DNA of 62,974 bases, filler included, from Chrysochromulina tobinii (lineage: Eukaryota): assembly GCA_001275005.1 (NCBI GenBank). It is 6 parts of 6 records of this genome, joined end to end, with 100 filler letters (N's around TTAATTAATTAA, not from the genome) between each part and the next. Parts side by side here need not be neighbours in the genome. Positions count along the whole stretch, not along the records: positions 1 to 12,137 come from JWZX01001438.1; 5 more parts are not named here. One strand, 5' to 3'. The notes under the pieces are model-generated. The model was not told the DNA's origin. It saw nothing but the letters and a program-made list of their open reading frames with translations, and did no database searches. Every line of letters starts with the position of its first letter. Positions within the stretch are counted from its first letter, which is position 1. The translations under genes were made by a program, and so were the position numbers. Shown here piece after piece: positions 1 to 10,838 of this stretch.

Positions 1-65
1 CTGCCAGACAAGCCAGCATGCGTAAGTTTTGGACAAGGAGGGGCGATTATGAGCTCGCGGCGCAC

Positions 66-205
66 GAGAATCCCAGACTTTGATCGTCCCGTCAGCCGAT
101 CCCGACACGATCTTCGTGCCATCGGGCGAAAATACGACCGAGATGATGGCACGGCTGTGGGCGTTGGTCTTCTCCGCTACACAGTTGATGAGCATCGCGA
201 TCATC
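66..205 (-). CDS. WD40-repeat exon (partial gene continuing off the window)
   Basis: The minus strand reads [36 protein letters not shown], a canonical WD40 repeat. It is bounded by a pyrimidine tract plus CAG acceptor (206-208) and a GTGCGC donor (65). Confidence 0.75.
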
Positions 206-830
206 CTGCGAGAACAAGAGAGAAAAGAAGAGAGAGGCTTGGGCAGCGTGTGTATTCGGCAGCATGGAGATATGGGACCACACGAGGCTGCAAGCTGAAG
301 GGCGCTTCAGGGGTCTCGATGCAGACATGCAACCACCAACAGCGTGCCGCGAGGATGAGGAGAATCGCGTGCGGAGTGTGGTTTCGAAGCTAATCGCGAA
401 CGGAGAGTCGCATGTGCCCTCGAGAGAGGCAGCCCAGCTCGGGGTCTCAGGATTGGGCAGTCACGTGGCGGCAAAGCGCGCGGGGGCGGAGAGGAGGGAG
501 GCGAACTTTTGTCGGCGCGCGACTGCGGAAAGGCACGCGGAAAAAACCCACAGTCGTGAGAGAGACGAAGGGAGGCGTAGAGGCAAGGGCATGTGTGCTC
601 CCTGAGATGCACAAGTGCCCGCGGGCTCCGTGTGGAAGAAAGCACCTACCAGGGAGCGGATTCGATGTATTCCGTGTGCGAAGCGGTTTGCGCGTGCAGC
701 GGTCGCACCGACGCACGTTGAGCACGAAGAGCGAAGAGAGCAGCGCGGTGGCGGGACGCGTGCGTCGCTTTTCCGAAGGGTTCCTGTGAATGGGCTGTTA
801 ATAGAGGGACTTGACTAGACGAGACTTGAC

Positions 831-2594
831 TTGACTCGCGTGGATATGCATGCAATCTTTTTTGCCGATTTCAAGATCGCAATAGTTAGTTTCTGGAACT
901 TCTTTTACATGAGCTACTCTGTTTTCGATCCGGCAAACACGGCGAGCTCGTCACGGCCAGTGCGGCTCATGCGCTTCAGCCGGAGCTTGCCTGCTGTGCG
1001 CATGCCGTCCGACGTGCTATCTGTGCGGCGGCCGTGGTCACGAGGCATCCACTTGATCCCGCTACCGCAGATGATCGTGCCCGGTGGTGCTCCTCCCATC
1101 GACCGATTTGATCTGCTGCCAGAGCGTTTCCAGCCGCGGCAAGCCTGGGACCCGACGGTCGCGGGCCCCATCCTCGGCGCGAGGGCGTCCTCAGGCTCCA
1201 GCCTTTACGGCGTCGACTACCCGCTCGACCGCCAGCTTCCCATCCACCAGTCAATCATTCCGCCACGCAAGCTGCTCAATGGGGCGAAGGAGATCCCCAG
1301 CCGACCGCACCCGCGCTCGCCCGGCAATCCGCGCGTCTCCGAGGCCGGGACCATCTTCGACGTGTGTCAGCGCGGTGATCAAGGCCGGGCTGGAATGCCG
1401 CGCCCGCTGCTCCACCAGTTGGACGAGCGTCGTAACGAGCGTCGCCGGAAGAAGGCGAAGGAGAAGATCGAGGATTGGCGCCAGGCTTGCCGTGAGCAGG
1501 GCAAGAAGTGGCTCGTCGAGCACACGCTTCCCTCGCCGCATCAGTCCTCTTCCTCGCAGCAGGAGAAGCCGCTGTCGCCCGCGCCGCCGCCGCAGCAGAA
1601 GCTGGAACGGCCGCCCCCATTCGCCCTGTCATCGCCCCCACCCGAGAAGGCGCCCAGGAAGGCGCCCGACAAGGCGCCCGACGAGGGGAAGCTCGAGGGG
1701 GAGCTCGAGGGGGAGCTCGAGGGGGAGCTCGAGGGGGAGCTCGAGGGGGAGCTCGAGGGGGAGCTCGACGGGGAGCTCGAGGGGGAGCCGAATAGAACCG
1801 TTTCGCACGAGGACGAGGGGTTCGACGAAGAGCTGGCTCTCTACGTAGCGAAGTCGAGGACGAGCACCCCGCCGGAAGATGAACATCAAGCATGTCAGCA
1901 GGGGTCGTTGCAGCACGGCGATCGACACGGCGACGACGCACAGAAACCCATCGCTACAAATCAAAAGGCGCCGCCGCTGCCACCACCACGACCACCACGA
2001 GGCCTACCTTCACCGCACTTTCTCGAAGGTTACCTCGAAGGAGCACCATGCGAACTCATGCAGCTTCAAATGCAGCTGGGCACACCGACCGCGCTGGTAC
2101 CGCCGGAGGATCATTGGGAACTCATGCAGCTGTGCATCCCGACTGGCGCAGAGGAACAAGCAGAGCCAGAGGACGATGAATGGGAAATCATGTTGCAGCT
2201 GTGCATCCAGGCCGCACCGGAGGATCCATGGGAAAGCATGCAGCTGTGCATCCAGGTCGCACCAGAGGATCAACGGGAAAGCATGCAGCTGTGCATCCCC
2301 GCCGCGCGTTCGAAGGTGAACTTGATCAAGTCGTATACATCTTGTAGCACGCCCAGCCCGCTCTCGAGCTGGCTGCCGTCATCGAGCTGGCTGTTTTCGT
2401 CAAGTGAGGAGGAGGCTTGCGCGCATGAGCACGGTGGCGGCTGCGGGGGCGAGGAGGAGGAGGATTGCGTAGTTCGGGAGAGAGAGGTCTTGATGGTGCG
2501 AGATGGTCAGCAGGAGGTGTCTCTGCGTGGTGAGTGCGCGCTCGGCAGCGAGCACTGGGAGATGCGGCTGTGCATTCTGACTCTGACGTGTTGA
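831..2594 (+). CDS. Hypothetical Pro/Glu-rich protein with internal repeats
   Basis: 587-aa ORF with an R/K-rich coiled segment, (GELE)n and repeated ED.WE.MQLCI motifs. True start uncertain. Confidence 0.5.
   Translation: MTRVDMHAIFFADFKIAIVSFWNFFYMSYSVFDPANTASSSRPVRLMRFSRSLPAVRMPSDVLSVRRPWSRGIHLIPLPQMIVPGGAPPIDRFDLLPERFQPRQAWDPTVAGPILGARASSGSSLYGVDYPLDRQLPIHQSIIPPRKLLNGAKEIPSRPHPRSPGNPRVSEAGTIFDVCQRGDQGRAGMPRPLLHQLDERRNERRRKKAKEKIEDWRQACREQGKKWLVEHTLPSPHQSSSSQQEKPLSPAPPPQQKLERPPPFALSSPPPEKAPRKAPDKAPDEGKLEGELEGELEGELEGELEGELEGELDGELEGEPNRTVSHEDEGFDEELALYVAKSRTSTPPEDEHQACQQGSLQHGDRHGDDAQKPIATNQKAPPLPPPRPPRGLPSPHFLEGYLEGAPCELMQLQMQLGTPTALVPPEDHWELMQLCIPTGAEEQAEPEDDEWEIMLQLCIQAAPEDPWESMQLCIQVAPEDQRESMQLCIPAARSKVNLIKSYTSCSTPSPLSSWLPSSSWLFSSSEEEACAHEHGGGCGGEEEEDCVVREREVLMVRDGQQEVSLRGECALGSEHWEMRLCILTLTC
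1691..1787 (+). repeat. 12-bp tandem repeat (GAGGGGGAGCTC) about x8, encoding GELE
   Basis: Seen directly in the sequence. Confidence 0.95.
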
Positions 2595-2645
2595 CAATCG
2601 TGCATCGAGAGTCCCGTCAAAGCCGCGAAGAGTGAGTTTCTTTCA

Positions 2646-4648
2646 TTGGCATGTTTTATGGTTCGTCAGAACGTCCCTCTGTGCGTGTGCCGCGCGTCCT
2701 TCGGCCGGAGGCGTGCTTGCAAGGCGCGATCAACTGGCCCGGAGCGAATGTGGATGCATGACTGTCCTCCCGCACCGCCCACTCCGCCCGCTCCGCCCAA
2801 CGACCCGTTTGCGGCCATCCACGCAATCCAAAAGGTCATGGTAATGATCGTCGAGATGCACGTGCTCGGCTTCGTCGCCAAGCGCCTCGAGCTGCTCGGT
2901 CACAGCGCAGAGGAGGGCCTCGCGGCCTTTGTGTACACCATCGGGCTGCCGTCGCTGCTCTTCTCGCAGATCGCCACCGAGCTGAGCTTCGACGACATCA
3001 ACGTCATCCTCGTCGTCTCCATCCTGGTCGCCAAGCTCATGGTCGCCGCGCTCGGCGTGACGCTCGCGCACCTCGTCACGCGTGAGGCGGACGGCACAGG
3101 CTTCGCAGCGACACTCGGCGGCATCGTCGCGCTGCTCTCGACGATGTCGGACGACATGGCGACCGGCATGCCGATCTTTGCTGCCTTCTTCTCGAGCCGG
3201 CCGATGTGGGTGACGCTTCACCTCATCGTTCTTAGTGCGCTCCAGTCGATGATCGTCAACCCTCTCGTCTTCGTGCTCCTCGGCGTCGGCCGTGCCAAGG
3301 CCGACCTATTACTCGAGGCCGAGCGCGCGCTCGTTGACGCTCGGGAGGGCAACAGCAGCAGCAGCGGCGTCGGCGGCGCCATTAGCGGCGGTTTCGCACC
3401 GCTGCGGCCGCGTCACAGGCGCACCGCGTCTCGCGGCACCCTGCCACAGGACGTCGAGGACCTGCTGCGAGGGCGCGAGCCGCATGCCATCCCACGACAG
3501 GCATCCCCTCTCATGAGCGCCGTCGCGGTACACGGTGTCTACTGTGTGCCTGAGCCGTTACGCTCGCCGCTGCTGAGCCCGTCGCTGATCACGCCGCCGC
3601 CGCCGTCGCTGATGCCCACGCCGCCGCGCATCGAGCTGTCCGCGGTCGTGCTTGGTGTACTGAAGAGCTTCCGTAAGAATATGCTTGTGCTGAGCGTCGT
3701 AGCGGGCGCCTCGTACAACCTGATCAGCGACGGCGCGCCGCTGCCGAACGCGGTCGAGCAGCTGGCGGCCAAGCTGGGCGAGTCCTTTTTGCCCATGGTG
3801 CTCTTCGTCGCCGGCATGTGCCTCTCGTCCTCCATCGGCAACCTCACCTCGCTACGCCTCGCTGTGCTGCCCACGCTGCTGGTAGTACTTAAGTCGGTCG
3901 TCCTACCAATCGTGTGCTCGTTAGTGTACGACGGGCTGGCCGGCGTCGACGTGGACTCACACCAGCTCCGCGGGCTGAGCCACGTGGGCTCGTACCAGCC
4001 AGCCGAGAGGGATTTCGTCTTCTTTTATGGGCTGCTACCTGTCTCGACCGCGTCCATTGCGATCGTGGGCTCGTACCAGGTGAGGCTGATTGAGCCATGA
4101 GACTGATTGCGTCGGATTGCAGTCTCGAGTGCATGCTCTGAGTGCCTCCGAGGTGCCGCTGATGCTGGGCAACTGACGAAACGCACGGGCAGGTGAACAA
4201 CGAGCTGCTCGCATCGGTCGCCTCCGCCCTGCTGCTGGGCAAGGTGGTCTCCTTGACGCTGCTGCTCCTCGGCGCATACCTGATGACGTTCGGCGTGGGT
4301 CACCACTTCATGCTGAGCTCGGTCGGCGCGCTCGGTGATGTGATGCATGCACTCTCGATCTTGGGCGGTGGTTACATGCTCACGATGGCCTACCTGCACC
4401 CCTCGTGCCGCCCGCCCCATATGCAGACGGTCCTGGGGCTCATCAGCCTTCAGACGGCCTTCTCAGCCACCCATGTGCTCGTGCACTCGACGGCCATGTA
4501 CAGCCGCGAGGCTCAGATGAATCTTCCCGCGTGGGTCTTTGCGACGCTCTTCTCGATCGTCTCCATCCTGCGCTGGAGCTGCTTCGGCTGGCTGCTCGTG
4601 ATGACGTACGACCAATGCTGCCGTCCCTTTCGCGACGAGCAGCTGTAC

Positions 4649-4707
<59 letters not shown>

Positions 4708-5956
4708 AGAGGATGGAAAGAAGGAGGTGGTGGTGATGGTGGATGCCCCTCAGTCGGCAGCCCGTTTGGCCGCAGGCAGCGCTGCCGCAGCGACGGGCGC
4801 CGCCTCGGGCGCGGCGGAGGCGGCGGCATCGGCATCGCCCAAGTTACGAAGTCGGTCGCCCAAATTAGGAAGCCGATCACCAAAATCAGGAGGCCGTTCG
4901 CCCGTTCTGAAGCGCCGCGTCGATGAGGCATTCTTCGACTCGGACTCGACGGGTGCCATCGGCAACACGCCGCTCTGGCTATACCCCATCGTGAGCATCA
5001 GCCTCGCGCTCGCGATGACGCTACCTTTCCTGCCCTTCTTCAAGGACTTCCAAGGTGTGAATTGGGCCTATCGGAAAGAGCAGCGGGTGCGCTCTCGCTT
5101 CCCGGTGGACACTGCGCTGTGGGTGCCCTACGCCCAAGTCTCCTGGCAGGTGGAGACGTACATTATCGTCTATTTCAGCACCGCGCTGCTGCTTACGAGT
5201 TTGCTCGTGATCATGCTGCGTGCTGAGCGCTCAAAGCCCGAGGACGAGGACGACGAGGAGGAGGAGGAGGAGGAGGCGCAGCAGCGCGCCGCGCGGCTCG
5301 ATGCTGACTTGGCGCCGGTACCCGGACAGGGGCCGATGACGGAACCCGTGACGGCCAGCTGCCTCCACCGAGAGGGGCGATCTCAAACGATCTCGTCCGA
5401 TGAGCTTCGAGAGGGTCTCCGAGAGAGGAGGCCTTCTACCGGTACTTCTACCGACGTGGACTCGAGTGGCAAGCTTCCTAATCGAGCGACCGCCGGCCGC
5501 CGTGTCGAGCTCTTGACGCGCGCCGTGTCGGGCGACAGCCTGCCCCCCAGGAGGCCGAGCCAACCCTTCCCGACGTTCATCCAGCCGCGCGGCGAGGTGA
5601 CACTGCACGTGCGCATCCAATTACTTGGTTTCCTACTGCTGCTGCGCTGTATGTGCCAGTGCACTACGCTGCTCCTCGGCCGCGAGATCGGGAGTGCCGT
5701 GGTCGATCCGAGCATCACCCGCTGGACCCTGCTGACGTACATGTTCATCTTCTTCGAGGACGGGCAGGGCTTCATCACGTTCCTGCTCTTTGCCCTCGAG
5801 CCGCCCTCGCCCACGCCTGCTCCGCCTCGCAAGACCACCTTTGCCACCGCGTCGACCGGACCACCCGTCCCTTGCACAGACCCTAGCCTCACCCGCAGCC
5901 CCGTCACGCTTCGGACGCCCCCAATCCATCGTGTGGGGCCGTCTGAGCTCTTCTGA
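2646..5956 (+). CDS. GPR155: GPR155/LYCHOS-like protein: PIN/AEC-family transporter domain plus 7TM-like domain; intron 4080-4192
   Basis: Exon 1 has AEC motifs (GLAAFVYTIGLPSLLF, STMSDDMATGMP, LFVAGM, LKSVVLP, YGLLP). A phase-0 GTGAGG...CTGAC...CAG intron joins it to exon 2, which completes the last transporter helix, adds about 7 TM segments and ends with DGQGFITFLLFALE, like the GPR155 GQGF(I)xF motif. Start codon uncertain (2658 or 2748). Confidence 0.75.
4652..4705 (+). repeat. (CAG)18 microsatellite encoding poly-Gln in the GPR155-like loop
   Basis: Seen directly in the sequence. Confidence 0.95.
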
Positions 5957-6111
5957 AACGACGAACCAAGGGTCCGAAAGAGTGGCCCAACTTTTGAAAG
6001 TAAATGGTAGGGACATGAGGCAACTGCCGACGTGAGTAGTTGTAGGAGCGAGCTGGCGGTCGTCCGGAGTGGCTATGTTTAGTTCCATAGTTGCGATAGT
6101 TCTATACATAG

Positions 6112-7458
6112 TACATGCGTCTTTACTCTTTTTGCTCTCGACTCGAAAGTGGGGTGTAGGTACTTCACACGTGTTAATACATTCACAAAAAAAATTTGGC
6201 ATTTGTCAAAATGAGTACAAGTGGGCTATAAAAGGTGACAAAGCTAAATCAAACTACGTGAAGCCGCGAGAGGGACAGTGGACGACGGTACGACGACTGG
6301 GGCGCAATTTGAGCGACTGCCCGTCGCTGCAGGGCACACAGTGCCGAGGCGTGCCTTCTTCCATGCAGAAAGGCGACCGCCTTCGTGCATGGTTCTGCGG
6401 CGAGGGCATACTCTCGAGTCTCGTGGCCTTCGTACCGGTCGGCTAATAGGCAGAGCGTCCGCCGGTCCTGTGCTCGTGAGGCGTGCCCAATGCTGGTTCC
6501 TGGATTCCCACCGTCACGCCGGCAGGAAGGCGTACCCTGCTTGCTCCATGGAGCCTCTCGAGATCTGGTTGACGCACGTCCAGCGAGCGTTCCGGGAGAA
6601 GGCGGTGTCCCGCCTTCGTCCCGACTGTCAGCATTGTGGCAGGGGTGAGCTGCTGCGTGGCACGGCCGCTCATTCGTCATTGAGCCGTCGCAGCGGCCGC
6701 CGCTCGCTTGGCGCGAGACTTGGCCTTCCGCTTCGCCATGCGCTTTTGCTGGCGGCTCGGCTCCTCCATCGCCGCATCCACTGGGGCCACGTCGGCCGTG
6801 TTGGCTGCCGCTAGCCCTTTCGCCGCTTGCTCAGCCTTGCTCTCGGCCTCGTACGCATGCTCCTTGAGAGCGATGGCGTGCTCGAGGTCGAGCGAGCTCC
6901 ATGACTCGGCCACTTCGAGGGCGAGCTCCTGGCGAGCGAGGGCAAGCTCCTTGCGAGCAAACGCACGCTCCTCCGCCTCCCGCGTCGCCTCGCACTCGAG
7001 CTTGCGCACGAGGACGGGACAGCTCGGCGTGCCGTCGACGCGGCGTGCGAAGTGACCCTCGGTCTTGCAGAAGCGGCAAGTCACAGCCAACGTCGTGCGC
7101 GCGGCAGAGCTGGCTACCGAGCTGACCACCGAGCTGACCACCGAGCTCGCATCTTCGCTCACCGACTCACACGGGATGGCGTGAGTTGCCACCGCTGGGA
7201 GGTTTGCTCCAGAGGCGACGCGCGGGTCCACTGCGAGAGGCGGAACCGCACTCGGCAAGGGAGGAAACGTGGAAAGAGCACGCTCACGCAGTGCCTTCTC
7301 CATTTGCGCTTCCTCATAGAGCGCGTCCATGCTCGGCTCCGGTCGGTTTGAGCAGGTGTGCGTCGGCTTGACGAGCGCAGCGCGGAGGTGGGTGCCAAGC
7401 CGGGCGAGGCCATTGAGGGCGTGGACGAGACGCTCAGCGCGCTCGCGCGTGTCCATCA
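6112..7458. repeat. Direct repeat copy 1 (about 1.35 kb shared with 10839-12137)
   Basis: Colinear high identity from TACATGCGTC...GGGGTGTAGGTACTTCACACG through to GTCCATCA. Confidence 0.95.
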
Positions 7459-7723
7459 CGACGAGGCACGAGTCGTGAAGCGGCGTCGCGACCCACCGAC
7501 GGAGCTTGGAGTCCCACTTCATGATTGGCTTGCCCTCGCGGATACGGCGAAGCCCGCCGATGCGCGCGCTGTTGACTAAAGACTTTACTTCGACACGGAG
7601 GGCTGCCCACTGGTGAGGGCAAATGTTGCTGACGCGGACCGATGTGAGATCGGCGTCGGCATTGTGCGTAAGGGCGCCCCCGCCCGCGCGAAGCGGGCGC
7701 GATCGACTTGACAAGTCCGACAT
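6677..7723 (-). CDS. RRM-like plus CCHC zinc-finger plus coiled-coil protein (copy 1)
   Basis: SVRVSNI...CLVVMDTRERAERLVHALNG...LRAALVKP resembles an RRM; CRFCKTEGHFARRVDGTPSCPVL is a C-x2-C-x4-H-x10-C finger. ATG 7723 is the probable start (frame open to 8095). Confidence 0.6.
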   Translation of the reverse strand: MSDLSSRSRPLRAGGGALTHNADADLTSVRVSNICPHQWAALRVEVKSLVNSARIGGLRRIREGKPIMKWDSKLRRWVATPLHDSCLVVMDTRERAERLVHALNGLARLGTHLRAALVKPTHTCSNRPEPSMDALYEEAQMEKALRERALSTFPPLPSAVPPLAVDPRVASGANLPAVATHAIPCESVSEDASSVVSSVVSSVASSAARTTLAVTCRFCKTEGHFARRVDGTPSCPVLVRKLECEATREAEERAFARKELALARQELALEVAESWSSLDLEHAIALKEHAYEAESKAEQAAKGLAAANTADVAPVDAAMEEPSRQQKRMAKRKAKSRAKRAAAAATAQ

Positions 7724-8081
7724 GTCGCTCACTCGGAGTGCGCGACTTCTGCTCGCCTTCCTTCTGCATGACAATTGCCTGCTCGCCTTTTCCTGTGAAT
7801 CGGCTTCTGCTTGCTTTCCCGACTTTTTTCGCGATCGTGCGCGGATGATGATGTCAAGTCGCATCGAACCCACAATACAGCGAGGCAAGCAATCTAACAA
7901 CAATCTACCGAACAAGAAACTAAAAGCAAAACGCCCCCTCCGGGAGTGCGTCGCCCTCCTCCGGGGGTGCGTGGTCGCCGCCCGAACTGGAATATGAATA
8001 TATATTGTGTCTCCATCTTTGTAGATGTGGGAAGATCCTACCAGCAGCGCTGTCTGTTCCCTCTCCCCCAAACGTATATTC

Positions 8082-10406
8082 CTACAAAGTCGCAAACCTC
8101 AGGTTCACCACCCTCGGGCTCTGCAGCAGCAACGCCATGACCTCATCCAGGCTGCTGGCTCGCACGTCCATGTTGTTGACGGCGAGCAGCCGGAAGCCCG
8201 TCTGCACGCCTGCGCGACTCGCGGCCGACCCATCGACGACCACCGCCACCACGCAGCCGGAGGAGCCTGCCTCAGCGCCGGCCTCCTCGGCCTCCTCGAG
8301 CACCATCCCGATGGGCTTCTGCACGCTCACCAGCAGCTGCTCCCCGTCCTCAAATTGGAATCCGGTTCCCAGCTGCATGGTCGGAGGAGGGCGGCACCGG
8401 CTCCCGAGCCGGCTCGACCCCGGCGCTGCGACGGGTGCGCCAATGGGCCGCGAGGGACTTTCCGGCACGCTCGCACGCAGCCTCGAAAGTATGTACGCCT
8501 CCGCCTCCCGTCGCGCCGCACCGAAGGGGAAGACGGGGAACGCGTGATACCCGTGCGCCCACTCGCGCCAATCTACGTCGACGCCGGCCGCCGCGACCGC
8601 TTCGAAGAACTCGACTCCCTCGTCGCGGAGCACCTCGCCATCGCCGACGACGCCCGTGAGCGACGGCACTCCCGAGAGCGACACGGCCGCAAGCGGATTT
8701 GCGTACGGCTCGCGAGCGAGCGCCTCGACGTCGCGAGCGCTGCCGGCATAGCTCTCCTCGAACCACGTCATGAGCCATGCCGGTAAAAAGGCGCCATTGC
8801 GGCGCGCGGGGTCGGTACGGCTTGGCCGGAGGGGTCTGCACGGCACGCACGGCGAGACGAGGACCTGGTGTACGACCGTCATCTCCAGAGGCTGCCGATC
8901 ACGCCACATGAGCGCGGCGCATGCGGCAAGGTTGGCCCCGGCCGACTCTCCCATGAGCACGATGCGGTGGCGGTCGGCGGCCGGTGCGACGCTCGGCTGT
9001 GCCGCCATCCATTCTAGTGCCGCGTACACATCGTCCACAGCGGCGGGAAAGGGATGCTCAGGCGCCCTGCGATAGTTGAGGCTGAGCACAGGCCAGCCGA
9101 GCGCCTCCGCAAGCCGCGAGCACACGGACTCGTATGGCTGCGTGCGCGCGTCGTTGAGCGCCCAGCCGCCCCCATGCACGTACACAAGCAGTGGCGCCCT
9201 CGCCCCCTTCGCCGTGTCGCCGTCGATCGTGCCGCCAACCCCCTCGCGCGTCAAGTGGTCGGCGGCGGCAGCAGTGCGCAGCCAGGGGCGCTGCCAGCCA
9301 GCTAGCCATGCTTTCGCGCCGTGAGTGCCGCCGTCCGTCGTGCCTCGCGCGCTGGTGCTGGTGCTGGTGCTGGTGCTGCTGATGGTCTGCTGCTGGCGCC
9401 CATCATGGCGCCTGATCGGCGTGTACAACCGCGCCGTGTTGAGCGTCCTCCCGTCCGCCGCGGGGATGGCCACGTCTTCGCGCGCGAGCGTCGCGCGCGA
9501 GCCGAGCGCCGTGATGGGCACCAGTGGCTGGACGGCCTCGAGAGGTCTCCGGTCGATCTGACGAAACGGCGCCGTGCCGGGCGCGACGCCGCACCTTTGA
9601 AGCTGCCCGATGGCGAGCCGGCTGAGCAGCCCGACAAACCATGGCCGCTGCGGCTGGAACGGGGTCGGCCGTCCAGCTGAGACGGCGCCTGCCGGTCCCA
9701 CGACGTCTGCCGTTGCGTCACTAGCCCGCATCGAGATTGGCCTCGAGCGCGCCGCGCGGCCTCCTCCGTAGCACCGGATGGGATCTGCGCAGCCCTTGCT
9801 TGCACTTTGAGGCGCTCTTTTCATGCCGCGCTCGAGGTAGCGCTGGTGTCGCGGCTGAGCGACGTAGAGGAGCTGCGCGGGCTCGAGTTCCGTAACGATC
9901 GGTTCCGCTGTCGCCGCCTGAAGGGCTGCAAGCGACCGGGTGGCGATGAGGTGCTGCTCTGCGCTGTGGCTGTAGATGGCATGCCGGTAGACGCGGCCTG
10001 CGTCCCGGCCGACGCGGTTCTTGACGGTCGGGTCGATGAGCGACCAAAGTACGTCAAGCAGCGCCTCGTAAGACGTCACGCCTGGGTCATAGAGCAGCTG
10101 CACAGCCTCATTTGCTCCTCCGGTGTCGTAGCCCGTGTGCCCCACGCAGGTGGCACTGACGCCGGGGTGACGCTGGTACGCAAGCTCCGGGCCCCAATAA
10201 CAGCCAGCTGCAAACGTGGCGACGAGGAAGCCGTCATGTTCCACTGGAATGCGCCCGTCGAGCTGCGCCAGCTTTGCACGCCTTGCCCACGATAGCGGTA
10301 GGTCCTCAAGATCCTGCGGCCGCACGCGATGGCCACGCTCCGGCGGCGACGACTTGAACAGTGGCAGAAGGCTGGTCAGAGATATGATTGTCGTCGAAAC
10401 AGTCAT
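8082..10406 (-). CDS. msrA: Fusion: peptide methionine sulfoxide reductase A plus HSL-family alpha/beta esterase plus PDZ domain
   Basis: MsrA: FAAGCYWG...EAVQLLYDP...HQRYLE...QSASKGCADPIRCYG. Esterase: YVHGGGW, YRRAPEHPFPAA, GESAG, EVLRDEG, HGYHAF. PDZ: KPIGMVLEE...GSAASRAGVQTGFRLLAVN. One uninterrupted 774-aa ORF. Confidence 0.85.
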   Translation of the reverse strand: MTVSTTIISLTSLLPLFKSSPPERGHRVRPQDLEDLPLSWARRAKLAQLDGRIPVEHDGFLVATFAAGCYWGPELAYQRHPGVSATCVGHTGYDTGGANEAVQLLYDPGVTSYEALLDVLWSLIDPTVKNRVGRDAGRVYRHAIYSHSAEQHLIATRSLAALQAATAEPIVTELEPAQLLYVAQPRHQRYLERGMKRAPQSASKGCADPIRCYGGGRAARSRPISMRASDATADVVGPAGAVSAGRPTPFQPQRPWFVGLLSRLAIGQLQRCGVAPGTAPFRQIDRRPLEAVQPLVPITALGSRATLAREDVAIPAADGRTLNTARLYTPIRRHDGRQQQTISSTSTSTSTSARGTTDGGTHGAKAWLAGWQRPWLRTAAAADHLTREGVGGTIDGDTAKGARAPLLVYVHGGGWALNDARTQPYESVCSRLAEALGWPVLSLNYRRAPEHPFPAAVDDVYAALEWMAAQPSVAPAADRHRIVLMGESAGANLAACAALMWRDRQPLEMTVVHQVLVSPCVPCRPLRPSRTDPARRNGAFLPAWLMTWFEESYAGSARDVEALAREPYANPLAAVSLSGVPSLTGVVGDGEVLRDEGVEFFEAVAAAGVDVDWREWAHGYHAFPVFPFGAARREAEAYILSRLRASVPESPSRPIGAPVAAPGSSRLGSRCRPPPTMQLGTGFQFEDGEQLLVSVQKPIGMVLEEAEEAGAEAGSSGCVVAVVVDGSAASRAGVQTGFRLLAVNNMDVRASSLDEVMALLLQSPRVVNLRFATL

Positions 10407-10838
10407 ACTAGCTCACTCAGGCAGCGCGAGACAAGGCCCTGAACAGCCTTCTCGCTCGTCGGCTTCGGGGAGGGGTCCATCGCCGCGTCGTGTTGAACAG
10501 TTCGCCTGTCAAGACAAGTCGAGTTGAAAGTGCGGCGCTCATCGGCTCGAGATCGGCCCACTTCTCCTCACCTACTTGTTCTCCGAGGGCACTCAAGCAG
10601 AAAAGCCGAAACCGTCACAGCATGCACACACAACGAATGTCCTCATACTCAAGCTCCGGCAGGTGCGCGCGCTTCGCCGCACGCGTTCACAAGCAAGCAA
10701 GCTAAAAGAGTCGAAACGACACAAGTATCTAAACAAGCGCAACCGAATACTCCAGTAACCAGGCGGTGCTTGCTTGCGTTCACTAGAGCCCTGGGAGGGA
10801 AAAGCTGAGGGTCGCAAAATGCATTGAGACGTCTTGAA

